From the NCBI GenBank assembly GCA_963799775.1, contig CAWCYD010000002.1, forward strand, positions 1 through 64,000: 64,000 nt of DNA, written 5' to 3'. Positions 52,581 through 63,608 of this stretch are shown here, piece by piece. Source of the DNA: an uncultured archaeon. GTDB taxonomy: Archaea > Thermoproteota > Nitrososphaeria > Nitrososphaerales > Gagatemarchaeaceae. Under the pieces are notes generated by a model. It saw only the letters and a list, made by a program, of their open reading frames with translations. It was not told where the DNA came from and made no database searches. The position numbers were made by a program, and so were the translations under genes. Position 1 is the stretch's first letter. Every line of letters begins with the position of its first letter.

Positions 52581-53420
52581 TCACACCGGCGGCGTAGGGT
52601 TGTTCTTTCTCAGGCCTGCGTACAGCCTGTCCACGTAGTCGAGGAACCCCTGATTCCTCTCCGAGCGGGGGCGTGGCAGATCTATCTTGACGCAGTCGGT
52701 TATGACGGCCGGCGACCCGTTCATTATGTAGACGCGGTCTGCGAGCTGGACCACCTCGTGCAGGTTGTGCGAGACGAGGATAGCCGATTTCAGCGAAGTC
52801 TCCGGGTTGAACACCAGCTCGTAGACCTCCTTCCTTATCTCGTCTGCGGTGAGCTCGTCGAGGTGGACGAACGGCTCGTCGAGGAGCAGCACGACAGGCT
52901 CCGCCGCCAGCGCTCGCGCTATCGCGACGCGCTGCCTCATCCCGCCGCTCATCTCCTTGGGATAGTGGTACTCGAACCCCCTCAGCCCGACCATCCCCAG
53001 CATCTTCATCGCCACGTTCGTCATCTCTCCTTCGCTCATGCCTGTGCCGATTAAGACGAGCTTGATGTTGTCGAGGGCCGTCATCCAGGGGAAGGTCGCG
53101 ATCGACTGGTGGACGAGAGATATCTTCGACGACGGCTTTGTCACCTCCTCCCCGTTCAGGAACACCTTTCCGGATGTAGGAGGGATCAGATGTGCGAGAC
53201 ATCTGAGCAAGGTGGACTTGCCGGTCCCTGTAGGCCCGACGAGAGCTATGAACTCGTCCTTGTGGGTTATCACGTTGATGTTCTGGAAGATTGGCTTCGA
53301 ATCCGGGTAGCTGAAGCTCAGGTCCCTTCCCTCGAGCACTATGTCTCCCGTCTCGACGGATGCCGATTGCACCGCAGGTTGTGAGTTCAACGTCTCACTC
53401 TGCTGCATCGCCGACGGCAC
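52581..53420 (-). CDS. NitT/TauT-type ABC ATPase
   Basis: GPTGTGKST, MSGGMRQR, LLDEPF. Confidence 0.9.
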   Translation of the reverse strand: MPSAMQQSETLNSQPAVQSASVETGDIVLEGRDLSFSYPDSKPIFQNINVITHKDEFIALVGPTGTGKSTLLRCLAHLIPPTSGKVFLNGEEVTKPSSKISLVHQSIATFPWMTALDNIKLVLIGTGMSEGEMTNVAMKMLGMVGLRGFEYHYPKEMSGGMRQRVAIARALAAEPVVLLLDEPFVHLDELTADEIRKEVYELVFNPETSLKSAILVSHNLHEVVQLADRVYIMNGSPAVITDCVKIDLPRPRSERNQGFLDYVDRLYAGLRKNNPTPPV

Positions 53421-53461
53421 AAGGATAATCTATATACACGTATCCCCTCCCCGGGGAGGGG

Positions 53462-53726
53462 ATGGCACAGCACAGGAGGAAGCAGGTGAGCCTGCGCATC
53501 AAGAGGATACATGGGCACGTCCACGCGATCACAGAGATGCTCGACGATGGACGCTCGTATCCCGAGATAGTGCACCAGATATCAGCAGTGAGGTCGGCGC
53601 TCGACGGAGTCATACAGGTGATAGTCGATGGACCTCGTCGAGGACTGCATCGCGTTGCAGAAGGGCGAAGAGCCGCTCGAGAAGACGCTCCACGAGCTCG
53701 AGGCGGTCGTGGAGAAGCTGCGCTGA
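53462..53726 (+). CDS. CsoR/RcnR-family regulator (frameshift near 53630)
   Basis: LRIKRIHGHVHAI.EM....EIVHQISAVRSAL. Confidence 0.8.
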
Positions 53727-55613
53727 ATGAAGCCAGAGGTCGGGCAAGCCAAGGAGCCCACGGAGAACGGCCCTGAAGAGGGCAATACCAACGCCGACTT
53801 GGTCAAGCTGGGGGTCATAGCCGTTGCGGCTCTGACCAGTGCGCTGGGGGTCTGGCGCCAGCTGCTCCCTATAGACGTCGTAGCCATCGCGGCGACCCTG
53901 CTCGGCGGGTACCCGGTCTACAAGGAGACCTTCCAGGCCCTCAGGCACGGCCACATCAACATGGAGGTCTCGATGACCGTCGCAATCCTCGCCTCTCTCC
54001 TAGTCGAGCAGTTCACTGTCGCCGTCGTGATAACGTTCTTCGTCCTCCTCTCCGAGTACATCGAGAACTACGCCGTCGACAAGGGAAGGCAGACGATCAC
54101 ACTCCTCGAACGTTCGGCACCCAAGCAGGCTCTGGTGAGGAGGGAAGGGAAGGAGGTCGAGGTGGACGTGTCCTCGTTGCAGCCCGGAGACATCGTCATC
54201 GTGAGGGACGGGGAGCGCGTGCCAGTGGACGGGACCATAGCGGTGGGCTCTGCTTTCCTCAACCAGGCCTCCATAACGGGAGAGTCGGCGAGGGTCGAGA
54301 AGACGGCCGGCGACCAGGTGTACGCGGGGAGCGTGGCCGAGTCGGGCCTCATCGAGGTGAGGACGGAGAAGGTGGGGACGGAGACAGTCTTCGGGAGGAT
54401 AATCAAGCTCGTCGAGGATGCGGAGAACAGAAAGGCCCCAGTCCAGAGGATTGCGGACAGGCTCGCCACATGGCTCGTCGAGTTCGCCATCGGGTTCTCC
54501 GCCCTCGCGCTGCTCGTCACAAGGAACACGACGACGGCCCTCTCAGTAGTGGTCGTGGCCGGCGCCTGCGGGGTTGCCGCTGGCACGCCGCTGGCCATAG
54601 TCGCGATAATGGGCAGGGCCGCGAAGAAAGGCACGATAGTCAAGGGAGGCGCCTACATCGAGGCGATGAGCAAGGTCGACACGGTGGTCATCGACAAGAC
54701 TGGGACGCTCACCTTCGGTGAGCCGACCGTGACCGCGGTTGTGGGGTTCGACGGCTATCCGGAGCGCAAGGTGTTGGAGTACGCGGCTATGGCGGAGAGA
54801 TACTCGAGCCATCCGTTGGCGAAGGCAATCGTGAAGAAGGCCACAGCCTCAGGAATCAAGCTCCCCGACTCTGGCTCCCCCGCACCTCCGAGCTACATAG
54901 CAGGGAAGGGGGCCATCTGTCAGTTCGACGGAGGGCAGATTCTCGTCGGCAACGACGCGCTGATGGCGGACAAGCTGGTCAGGCCACCCAACAACGACGA
55001 GCTCGCGAAGGCTCAGGGCGTCTCCGGCGGTGCGTCGACCGTGCTCGTCGCCTACCAAGACAGGTTGTGCGGGGTGATAGCCATCTCCGACGAGATTCGG
55101 AGCGAGAGCAAGAGGGCCATCGACCAGCTGAAGAGAATGGGCATACGGACCGTGATGCTGACGGGCGACAACAAGGTGGTCGCGCATCAGGTCGCTCAAC
55201 AGGTGGGGATAGACGAGGTCTACGCGGAGCTGCTCCCTGAGGACAAGGTCTCTATCGTGGAGAAGCTCGTGGCCGCTGGCCATAAGGTTGCGATGGTTGG
55301 AGACGGGATAAACGACGCCCCCGCACTGGCGAGGGCCGACGTTGGGATCGGGATGGGGGCCGGGACGGACGTGGCGATCGAGGAGGCGGACATCGTCCTG
55401 ATGACGAACGACCTCCAGAGGATCGCGGATGTCGCCAAGATGAGCAGGAAGGCCTACTCCACGATAATGCAGAACTTCTACGGGACCGTGGCGGTCGACG
55501 GCATCGGCGTAACCCTGGCTTTCCTGGGCCTGCTGAACCCGCTCCTGGCCGCCGGGATACACGTCACCTCGGAGCTGATCTTCATCCTCAACTCAGCCAG
55601 GCTCATCAGATAA
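53727..55613 (+). CDS. P1B heavy-metal ATPase
   Basis: TGES, DKTGT, SSHP, MLTGD, GDGINDAP. Confidence 0.92.
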   Translation: MKPEVGQAKEPTENGPEEGNTNADLVKLGVIAVAALTSALGVWRQLLPIDVVAIAATLLGGYPVYKETFQALRHGHINMEVSMTVAILASLLVEQFTVAVVITFFVLLSEYIENYAVDKGRQTITLLERSAPKQALVRREGKEVEVDVSSLQPGDIVIVRDGERVPVDGTIAVGSAFLNQASITGESARVEKTAGDQVYAGSVAESGLIEVRTEKVGTETVFGRIIKLVEDAENRKAPVQRIADRLATWLVEFAIGFSALALLVTRNTTTALSVVVVAGACGVAAGTPLAIVAIMGRAAKKGTIVKGGAYIEAMSKVDTVVIDKTGTLTFGEPTVTAVVGFDGYPERKVLEYAAMAERYSSHPLAKAIVKKATASGIKLPDSGSPAPPSYIAGKGAICQFDGGQILVGNDALMADKLVRPPNNDELAKAQGVSGGASTVLVAYQDRLCGVIAISDEIRSESKRAIDQLKRMGIRTVMLTGDNKVVAHQVAQQVGIDEVYAELLPEDKVSIVEKLVAAGHKVAMVGDGINDAPALARADVGIGMGAGTDVAIEEADIVLMTNDLQRIADVAKMSRKAYSTIMQNFYGTVAVDGIGVTLAFLGLLNPLLAAGIHVTSELIFILNSARLIR

Positions 55614-55726
55614 TGCTGGGGCAGGGGTCTCCGAGGCCGACCTGCCACGGAGACAAGGGCCAAGCGTGCGGTTAGAGGCAAGATGAATCTCAAATTCTCA
55701 AAGCTTATCGCTCTGAAACCACCCGA

Positions 55727-55925
55727 ATGGCTCCCGAGGTTCTGATGGCAGTAGAGTTCTTCCTCGCACTCTTCCTCATGCTCCTGGTCGCTAGGGTGTT
55801 CGGGGAGGTTCATCCATAGGGTGAAGCAGCCCGCGCTGGTCGGCGAGCTCTTCGCCGGAGTGCTCATAGGTCTCACGAGGATAATGTCCCCGATCACCGC
55901 AAGGATCTCGATAGCCAGATAGCTG
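55727..55925 (+). pseudogene. Remnant of a CPA2 (Kef-type) cation/H+ antiporter
   Basis: LLVARVFGE..RVKQPALVGELFAGVLIG N-terminus only, then truncated. Confidence 0.55.
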
Positions 55926-55998
55926 AAGCGCCAAGAGGGGCCGAAGGAAACAGAGGAGGCCAGCGAGCGCGCGGCCACGCCGAGAATTGTCTGAAGGT

Positions 55999-57090
55999 CT
56001 AGCCTGCTCTAGCCTCGTTCTCAAGGATCTGCAGCTTGCTCGGGTCTCCGAGGACCAGGAGTGTGTCTCCCTCCCGGAGCCTGAACGAGGGGTCGAAGAC
56101 GTCATGGAGCACCTCGTCGTTCCTGACCACGCCGATTATGACCGCGTGCTTCATTATCTCCTGCAACCCCTTCCCGATTAGAATTGATCCTTTGAAGATT
56201 GAGAACTCGGCGATTTCCTTCGTCCCTGTCTTCTCGGAGAACACTACGCCCACCAGGTCACTTTGTCACCGCGGAGAGGGCGAGGAGGTGGCCGACCGTG
56301 ACCGACTCGGGTATGACCACGTCTGCGCCGGCGTTCTTCGCGGTCTCCACGAGAGCTTCGTCGTGAACGACCGTGACGATCCTGATGTCGGGTCTGAGCT
56401 TCCTCGCGCTCAGGATGTACAGCATGTTCTCGGGGTCGCTGTTGTGCGCGACGACCACCATTCCTGCCCTGTCGATGCCCGCTTCCTTGAGGACGGAAGC
56501 CGGCCTGTTCTCCGCCTCTAGCACCACTAGCACCTTCTTGTTCAGGAGTTCCTGAAACAGGGCGGGGTCCCTTGTCGTGACCACGTAGTCTATCCCCAAC
56601 TCCTCGAGCTTCTCAGCCACATATCTGCCCATGTGGGTGTAACCGAAGATTATCACGTGGGATTTCAGCCGCCCTACGAGCCTCTTCTCCGCCTCGCCCT
56701 TCGCAAGCGACGAGTTGACGGCTGTGTTGACCGCGCTCTGCAGGATTGACGCGCCGGCCCCGACGGACACGACTATCATCACCACGAGGAGGCCCGCCTC
56801 GGTCCTGTTGATCGTCATGAAGTTGCCCCCGTTCGGGACGTAGAGGCCTATCGTCGTGATCGTGGAGACGGAGGCCAAGAACGCGGAGAGGACGGGGAGG
56901 CTCTCGTAGTAGTGGAAGATTACCGCGCCCGAGACGAACATCACAAAGAGGACGATCACCTGTCGGTAGATCGCCTTGCCCAGCGCTATCGGCCCGTATC
57001 AGGGCCTCATACAGGAGGAAACTGAACTTCCTGCTCTCCCTCTTGGTCGTCGACTTGCCGGCCCGGAAAAAGATGGGGTCGGAGGAGCTC
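55999..57090 (-). CDS. K+ channel with TrkA-N/TrkA-C (RCK) domains (frameshifts)
   Basis: STITTIG pore-like motif, HVIIFGYTHMG, AGADVVIP, LREGDTLLVLG. Start is approximate. Confidence 0.75.
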
Positions 57091-57195
57091 ACAAAGGAAA
57101 ACGACAGGCTCACGTAGTTTTTACGCGTTTCGAAGATTCGGTGGCGGGTCCGAAGGCGGATTCCGCAATTATATCTCTCCCGTCGAGGGGGATGC

Positions 57196-58479
57196 GTGTC
57201 AACGCAGGGAGAGGCGTCGCGAGACACGAACCTCCGCCCGCAGCTGAGGTTCTTCGATACCATCGCCACTGGCCTCGCAGCCATCCTTGGCGCGGGCATC
57301 TTCTCCGTCATCGCCCCCGCCGCGAAGATCGCCGGGCCCGCCCTCCTCATCTCGTTTCTCATCGGGGCCTTCGTCGCGCTGTGCAACGCGCTCTCCTCCA
57401 CCCAGCTGGCCGCGATTTTTCCGAGGGCCGGCGGGACTTACACCTTCGGAAGGAAGATGCTCGGCCCCTGGTGGGGCTTCTCCGCAGGATGGATGTTCCT
57501 CGTCGCGAACACGGTCGGGCCCGGGGCGATAGCCCTGGCCTTCGGCGGGTACCTGAACGCGGTGGTGGGCGAAGTCCCCGCCCGCGCCGCGGCGGTGATG
57601 GCAGCCCTTGCGATGACAGCCGTCAACGCCGCTGGGATACGCCGGTCGGTCCGCGTCACAGACGTTGTCGTCGTCCTCTCGGTCCTTTCGCTGCTCGCGG
57701 TGGTAGTCATTTGCCTTCCCAGCGCGAAGGTCTCGAACCTCTCACCATTCGCCCCCGGAGGGATACCAGGGATACTCCAGGCCACGGGCCTGCTCTTCTT
57801 CGCGTACACCGGCTACAGCCGGATTGCGACACTGGTCGAGGAGGTGCACGACCCCAAGAAGACCATCCCCCGCGCCACGCTGATAGCCCTGGGGACGGCG
57901 ACCCTGCTCTATCTGCTTGTTGCCACCACGGTGCTCGCCGTCTTGGGACCGCAGAGGGTCGCCGCCTCCTCCTCTCCGCTCGAGCAGGCTACGGTCGCGG
58001 TAGGCAGCGGCATCGGCGTGGCGATAGTCGCGGCAGGAGCCCTCTTGACGACCTTCAACGAGGGCCTCTCCGACCTCCTCGGCGTCTCTCGTGTCGCCTT
58101 CGCGATGGGCCGTGATTCAGACTTGCCATCGGGCCTTACACGGCTGGGCTCGGGCCAGAACCCCTGGCGCAGCGTGGTCTTCGTCGGGGTCATCTCAATC
58201 TTGGTCGCGGCCTTCGCCCCCTTCTACGTGGCCGTCGCGGTGTCCAGCTTCGGCACCCTCCTGTATTACGTGGTGGCGAACCTATCGGCGCTGCGGCTCG
58301 AAAGGGGACAGCGTATGTTCCCGAGGGCGCTCGCCGCGGCTGGTCTGTTGGGCTGCCTGGCCCTCGCCTTCAGCCTGGCCCCGCAAGAGATCGCAATCGG
58401 CCTTGCGATCCTTCTCGTGGGCCTGGGCTTCCGGACCCTTCGACTCCGGCTCGCCGGTCCCCACGAGCCCCACGGATAA
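57196..58479 (+). CDS. APC-family amino acid permease
   Basis: AILGAGIF, FPRAGGTY, FFAYTGY. Confidence 0.9.
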   Translation: MSTQGEASRDTNLRPQLRFFDTIATGLAAILGAGIFSVIAPAAKIAGPALLISFLIGAFVALCNALSSTQLAAIFPRAGGTYTFGRKMLGPWWGFSAGWMFLVANTVGPGAIALAFGGYLNAVVGEVPARAAAVMAALAMTAVNAAGIRRSVRVTDVVVVLSVLSLLAVVVICLPSAKVSNLSPFAPGGIPGILQATGLLFFAYTGYSRIATLVEEVHDPKKTIPRATLIALGTATLLYLLVATTVLAVLGPQRVAASSSPLEQATVAVGSGIGVAIVAAGALLTTFNEGLSDLLGVSRVAFAMGRDSDLPSGLTRLGSGQNPWRSVVFVGVISILVAAFAPFYVAVAVSSFGTLLYYVVANLSALRLERGQRMFPRALAAAGLLGCLALAFSLAPQEIAIGLAILLVGLGFRTLRLRLAGPHEPHG

Positions 58480-58499
58480 TTAGACCGAGGCCCGGAGGG

Positions 58500-58938
58500 A
58501 TGGCGATGATCACAGGAATCGGGTCCGTCGCTGTCCTCGTGAACGACGCGAAGAGATCGGCGGAATGGTATAGGGACAAGCTCGGATTCGAGGTCGTCTC
58601 GGCTGAGGGACACGCGGTGTTCGTCAGTGCCCCAGGCTCCGACTCCTTGCTTCACCTGTGCGGGAGGTGCAACGACTGGGGCGATGATACACCGGGTGGA
58701 AGGACAGGATCTGGCTGAGCTCACGAGACGTCATCATGAGAAGGGACGAGAAGACCGGATCGTTGCTGCCCCCGAGCAGCCCAGAGAAGGTCGAGGAGAC
58801 CTATCGAGAGCTGAAAAGGAGAGGAGTGGAGTTCACCCAGGAGCTCATGACCACGAGCTGGGGCAACGCGGCCATGATCAGGGACATCGACGGGAACGAG
58901 TTCGAGATTTCCTGGCCCGTAGTCAGATCTTCATGTAG
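58500..58938 (+). CDS. VOC/glyoxalase protein (frameshift)
   Basis: VAVLVND..RSAEWY.DKLGF ... WGN.AMIRDIDGNEF. Confidence 0.75.
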
Positions 58939-59178
58939 AAGTTCTCTGGGTGATCCAGCGTGTGGTCTCTCTTCTTGTGGGTCGTCCCGCAGCGCCTGAG
59001 ATGTCTAGAGTATCTTTGGGCACTGATCATCTTTCCACACTTGGGGCAAGTAGGCAAGTTGTCCGGTGGTCGCCTGCAAGGACTTACCGCCACCGGGGAT
59101 ATAATTGCCTATCCTTGCGGGCAACCCTTAGCTCCGGCTCGCGTGGCTTACCGGGCCGAGATCCAGGGGAATGAACCC

Positions 59179-60362
59179 CTAGACCCCGCCGCAGCCGTTG
59201 GTGCACGTGTACCAGGCGTCCACGTATCCCCCGTTGGCCACCACAGCTAGAGGCCGGGTGGTGCTGCCAGTCGCCCATTGGCTAAAGAGCACATCGTGCG
59301 TGGACCCGTGACACTGGTCACAGTCTGACGGATAGACGTAGTATGTCGCCGACGGGCTCAGCCCAGAGAACACGAGCCCGTTCTCGTTGGAGAAGCCCGT
59401 GGCCACCTCGTTGCCCGACCCGTCATACAGAACCACCCACATCGACGCCCCTGGTCCTGTGCATGACGTATCGCATGAGGCCTGTGGGTTGGTGCACGTA
59501 GTCGCGAAGCATGGGGCCCAGTAGCTCGCGGAGGTGCCTGTGGTCGTAGATGGTTATCGTCCCTGGCCCTGCTCCACCCTCGCCCGAGACAGTCCCGCCA
59601 CTACCACCCCCCCCTCCGGTCCCTCCGCCACCTCCCGATGGGCCCTCCGCAGTTGTATACCGCGGTGAACGTCATCGACCCGCTGGCCGAGAACCCTCTT
59701 GGGTCGCTGGTCACGCCGTCGGACCACTTTGCGAAGGAGCAGCTGCCGTAGTTGTCCACCTGGATGCTGTAAGACAGCCCCGACGTGGTGCTGAAGGTCG
59801 CCGGCGTGAAGCCGTTCGAGACCTCGTTCCCGCTCGAGTCGTAGAGGACTGTGTAGTACCCCGAGATGGAGTTCCCGCTAGTGTCCTGAGAGTTCACGAC
59901 GACCGATGATGCGCCGCCTCCGCTGCTTCCCCCTCCCGTCCCTCCGCCGCCACCACCGCCACCGCTGCTGCCGCCGCAGTTGTAGACCGCCGTTATCTGG
60001 GTGTCGCTGCTTATGGAGATCTGTCTAGACGCGCTCGTGCTGCCCGTGTCCGACCAGTTAGCGAAATTGCAGCTGCCGTAGTTGTCCACTTGGACGACGT
60101 ATATGGCCCCGTCATCCAGCGCGAACGAGGCCGGCGTGAAGCCGGTCGAGACCTCGTTCTGACCTTGATAGAGTACTGTGTAGTAACCCGAGATCGTCGA
60201 GCCAGACGTGTTCTGGCTGGCCACAACCAGGCTCGACTGGCTTTGAGCGTGCACGGCCGCCAATGGGAAAGCGAAAGCAAATCCCAAGAGCGCGGCCATG
60301 ACGACTAGTCCGGCGCTCCGATCCCGAACGGACAAGAACCTTCCGGATAGTTTCATCTTCAC
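59179..60362 (-). CDS. Secreted surface protein with tandem beta-sandwich repeats and Gly linkers (frameshifts)
   Basis: Two near-identical units (SQ.TSG..ISGYYTVLY...NEVS.GFTPA.F...QVDNYGSC.FA.WSD) plus a third divergent unit. Confidence 0.7.
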
Positions 60363-60468
60363 AAAACACCAGTCTGCTGAAAGACTCCGTATTGATGTCG
60401 GTATGCGGAGACGGCTACGTAGGGTGCTTCTGAACCCTTGCGACTAGACCTTTGACCATGGGATGGAG

Positions 60469-61491
60469 TCAGAAGAATGCAGGAACGAAAGACACCAGTC
60501 CTATCAGCAACTGGAGCGCGATCGCCTTCTTCACAGGGACGTTGTTTCTCCTCAGCATCAAGAGTGCCAGCAGGTTGGCGAAGGACGAGATGGGGTCTAT
60601 GTTCCCTGCCAGACCGGCGTCGACCGCAAGGACTGGGGCTGCCTGGGAGGTCGGGTGTGACACGCTGAGGACGAGCTGCGTCGCCGGGACGTTGCTTATC
60701 GCCGCCGAGACGACCCCGAAGAAACTGGCGGTGGCCGGCTGCGAACCCGCGGCGACAGGGGCCACGTAGGGGAGGACGACCGGCTCGATGAAGGCGCCGA
60801 GAAGTCCCACCAGGCCGACAAGCAAGAAGAGGATAGCCAGGCTCCTCAGGTTGAACTCTCTTGCGACCCGTCGCAGAGACCTGAACGTGAAGGCGAACCC
60901 GAGGACGAACGCCGCGAGGAGGGCGATTACGCTGGGGACCCTCTCGAAGCTTAGGAAGAAGACGAGGGCCGCCGAGCCGGCTAGATAGACCGCCGGAGCC
61001 AGGGGCCCTCGCGAAGGTCTCGGCGCTGCTATTTCGGTCCGCCTCGCTCGGAACATGAGGAGCAACAGACCGGAAGCCACGTGCCGGCTACGAACTCTAC
61101 CGCCGAGATCCCGGATTCCTGCCACAGGAGGATGTTCTGCGGATTGCCCAGCGGCGTGAGGGAGCTCGCGATGTTGGTGAACGTGATCTCCGCCACCACG
61201 AACGGCGCGACGTCCGAACCGGTCTGCTTGGAGTAAGAGACGAGGACGGGCGTAAGTATGAGGACCAGGACGTCGTTGAGAACGAACGGCGAGAAGACCG
61301 CTGTCACGACCACGACCGCGTACATAACGCCCAGCCGGCCCTCTAGCGCGGAGATGAGCCCCCGCAGGAAAGAATACCCGTCCGCTGCCCTGAACTGGGC
61401 CGCTATGCCGAAGAGCAAGGCCAGAGACACGAAGATCGAGTAGTCGAGTGTCAGGATTCTCAGCCGCCGGGCGCGGCAGGGTGCCGAGCAC
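60469..61491 (-). CDS. ArsB/NhaD (IT superfamily) permease (frameshifts)
   Basis: SPFVLNDV, TNIASSLTPLGNPQN, SAAISNVPA, LAGN..PISSFANL. Confidence 0.75.
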   Translation of the reverse strand: MLGTLPRPAAENPDTRLLDLRVSGLALRHSGPVQGSGRVFFPAGAHLRARGPAGRYVRGRGRDSGLLAVRSQRRPGPHTYARPRLLLQADRFGRRAVRGGGDHVHQHRELPHAAGQSAEHPPVAGIRDLGGRVRSRHVASGLLLLMFRARRTEIAAPRPSRGPLAPAVYLAGSAALVFFLSFERVPSVIALLAAFVLGFAFTFRSLRRVAREFNLRSLAILFLLVGLVGLLGAFIEPVVLPYVAPVAAGSQPATASFFGVVSAAISNVPATQLVLSVSHPTSQAAPVLAVDAGLAGNIDPISSFANLLALLMLRRNNVPVKKAIALQLLIGLVSFVPAFF

Positions 61492-61541
61492 CTTTAGATG
61501 AACCTGCTACTCTTTCGACGACCGCCCGCTAGGCCGAAGAG

Positions 61542-61739
61542 CTACTCTTGGGTTGCCTGGGGGAGCCCGAGCACCGGGTCCCAGCACGTGCAGACCCATG
61601 TGTGCCTTCCGCAGCCGACGCAGATCGCCTTCACCACCGACGAGTTCCTCTCGGTCATATCGGGTGCCCAAGATGCCCTACCGCACTTCGTGCATATGCC
61701 AGCAGAGAACTTTGAGAAGCCCAGTGTGGTAAGCGACAT
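61542..61739 (-). CDS. Small Cys-rich Zn-finger protein
   Basis: CTKC, CVGC, CTC. Confidence 0.45.
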   Translation of the reverse strand: MSLTTLGFSKFSAGICTKCGRASWAPDMTERNSSVVKAICVGCGRHTWVCTCWDPVLGLPQATQE

Positions 61740-61823
61740 CCGAACGTTTCGTGACGTGCACTCTATAGTAAGTGATGCAACAATCTTCTATCTAAGGAGA
61801 GCCGCCCGTTGACCGCCTGCCCG

Positions 61824-62561
61824 TCACGCAGGCGCGGCCCCGATGAAATGGCCTATCAGGAATCCCGCGAGGCCCGCCGCGAGGCCGATGACCGTCATCT
61901 GGAGGCCGCTCCTCCATATCGAGCCGACTGTCGTCTTGGCCTCATAGTAGCCGATGACGAAGAGGAACGCCCCGCTTATCGCGACGGACCCGACCGCCGA
62001 TGCCTGGATGTTCTGGCCCCATAGCGCGTAGGGTATCAGGGGCATTATCGAGCCGAAGACCGTCGAACCGAGCACGACAAGGAAGCTCCTGAAGGGCTCC
62101 GACTCGCCGACCTCCTCCATGTGGAGCTCGTGGGCCATCATGAACTCGAGCCAGGCCTTTGGCTTCTCAGCGATCAAGTCGGTGGCTCGCTCCAGGTCAT
62201 CCCCGGTGTAGCCCCACCTCCGAAAGACATCCCTGACCTCTTCTCTCTCTTGCTGAGGGACCTCTTTCATCTCCGTCCTCTCTCGCCCCACCTCTTTCAG
62301 GTACTGTTTCCTTCTGGCCAGGGTGGACGTGTAGGCGACGGCCCCCATCGAGATGGACTCCGCTCCGAGCGCAGCAAGGGCGGCGACGAAGATGAGCCTT
62401 AGATCGCTTGTCGCGGCACTCAGCCCCAGAAGGATCCCGAGAACGTTGACCAGGCCGTCTTGGCTCCCCAGGATGAAGTTCGAAAGGACGTTGGTCCTGG
62501 CGTGCTGCTCTGGAGAGGTCTCGTGCTCTTGCTTCCTTCGCTCTCCGAGGGGATACGACAT
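61824..62561 (-). CDS. VIT1/CCC1 Fe/Mn transporter
   Basis: ILGSQDGLV, AESISMGAVAY, FMMAHEL. Confidence 0.9.
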   Translation of the reverse strand: MSYPLGERRKQEHETSPEQHARTNVLSNFILGSQDGLVNVLGILLGLSAATSDLRLIFVAALAALGAESISMGAVAYTSTLARRKQYLKEVGRERTEMKEVPQQEREEVRDVFRRWGYTGDDLERATDLIAEKPKAWLEFMMAHELHMEEVGESEPFRSFLVVLGSTVFGSIMPLIPYALWGQNIQASAVGSVAISGAFLFVIGYYEAKTTVGSIWRSGLQMTVIGLAAGLAGFLIGHFIGAAPA

Positions 62562-62679
62562 CAGCAGAGACGCGGAGCCTGCCTCTTACATAAACTGGAT
62601 TGGCTCCTCCAACAGTTATGCTCCATAACATTTTTCGCAAACCCGTAACTAAGCCCCGCGAAATAGTCGGTCGATAGCG

Positions 62680-62946
62680 ATGGCAAGGCAAAGCAACAAG
62701 ACGGTGACAGTTCCTGACCAGGGTAAGGCTTCGAAGACCCTGAGCGACGCCGCTGAGAGCCTCAAGGAGAGCGTGGAAAAGGCAACGAAGAGCGTTCGGT
62801 CGGGTGTCGAAAAGGGAAGGATTGCGGTGAAGGAGCACCCCAAGGCAGCCTTGGGCGTCGCCCTGGGGGCGAGCTTTGCAGCAGGCGCGATCGCCGGCGC
62901 AGCATTCCGGAACAGTGCGAAGAAGTCGCGAGCTAAGCCAGCCTGA
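62680..62946 (+). CDS. ElaB/YqjD (DUF883)-like small protein
   Basis: VKEHPKAALGVALGA. Confidence 0.55.
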   Translation: MARQSNKTVTVPDQGKASKTLSDAAESLKESVEKATKSVRSGVEKGRIAVKEHPKAALGVALGASFAAGAIAGAAFRNSAKKSRAKPA

Positions 62947-63062
62947 GCCGGCCTTGGCTCCATCCCCCGTCTCTTAGCCTCAAGTATCTTCTATCTCCAG
63001 ACCACCTAAGAAAGTATCGTCAGCGACTTAACTTTGGGCGAGCACCTTCAGTCCGAAAGACA

Positions 63063-63413
63063 ATGAGTTCTGAAGATACGGAGGAGAGGAAACAATACGT
63101 CCAGCAGAGTCCCAACAGCCCGGGTACTGTGGTGGTCGAGCAACCAGCTCGGACAGCACCCGTCGCCGCTCCAGCGCAGGTCATACAAAACGTCCCAGCT
63201 AGTCAGAAGACCGTAGTGAGCCATAGGACGACGAACACTGGCGCACTCATCGCTATGGCCGTGGGCATCGTGGTGCTCTTGGCCGGAATAGGTTTGATCG
63301 CATCCCAGGTCAGATTCCTGCCATACCCATACTCGCTGATCGTGATACTAGGGTTCGGCCTGATCCTGCTTCTGGCCGGCCTCTCGATGATCGACAGAGG
63401 CAGCGAACCATAA
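63063..63413 (+). CDS. Small 2-TM protein
   Basis: Two hydrophobic helices. Confidence 0.55.
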   Translation: MSSEDTEERKQYVQQSPNSPGTVVVEQPARTAPVAAPAQVIQNVPASQKTVVSHRTTNTGALIAMAVGIVVLLAGIGLIASQVRFLPYPYSLIVILGFGLILLLAGLSMIDRGSEP

Positions 63414-63608
63414 CCGCCGGATCGACCTTTCCGACACACCGAGCCACCGATAGACACGGGTAGCCCCACTGTGGGTTCTGGATGGATCGGAGGGTACATA
63501 ACGTGCGCGCTCGGGCAATGCCTTGAGTGGGAAGGCCCGAGGGCCGCGGTCCTCTGGTCTAGGAAGAATGTCACAAATTCATTTTAGAGACGAGCAGATG
63601 CGGTCATC

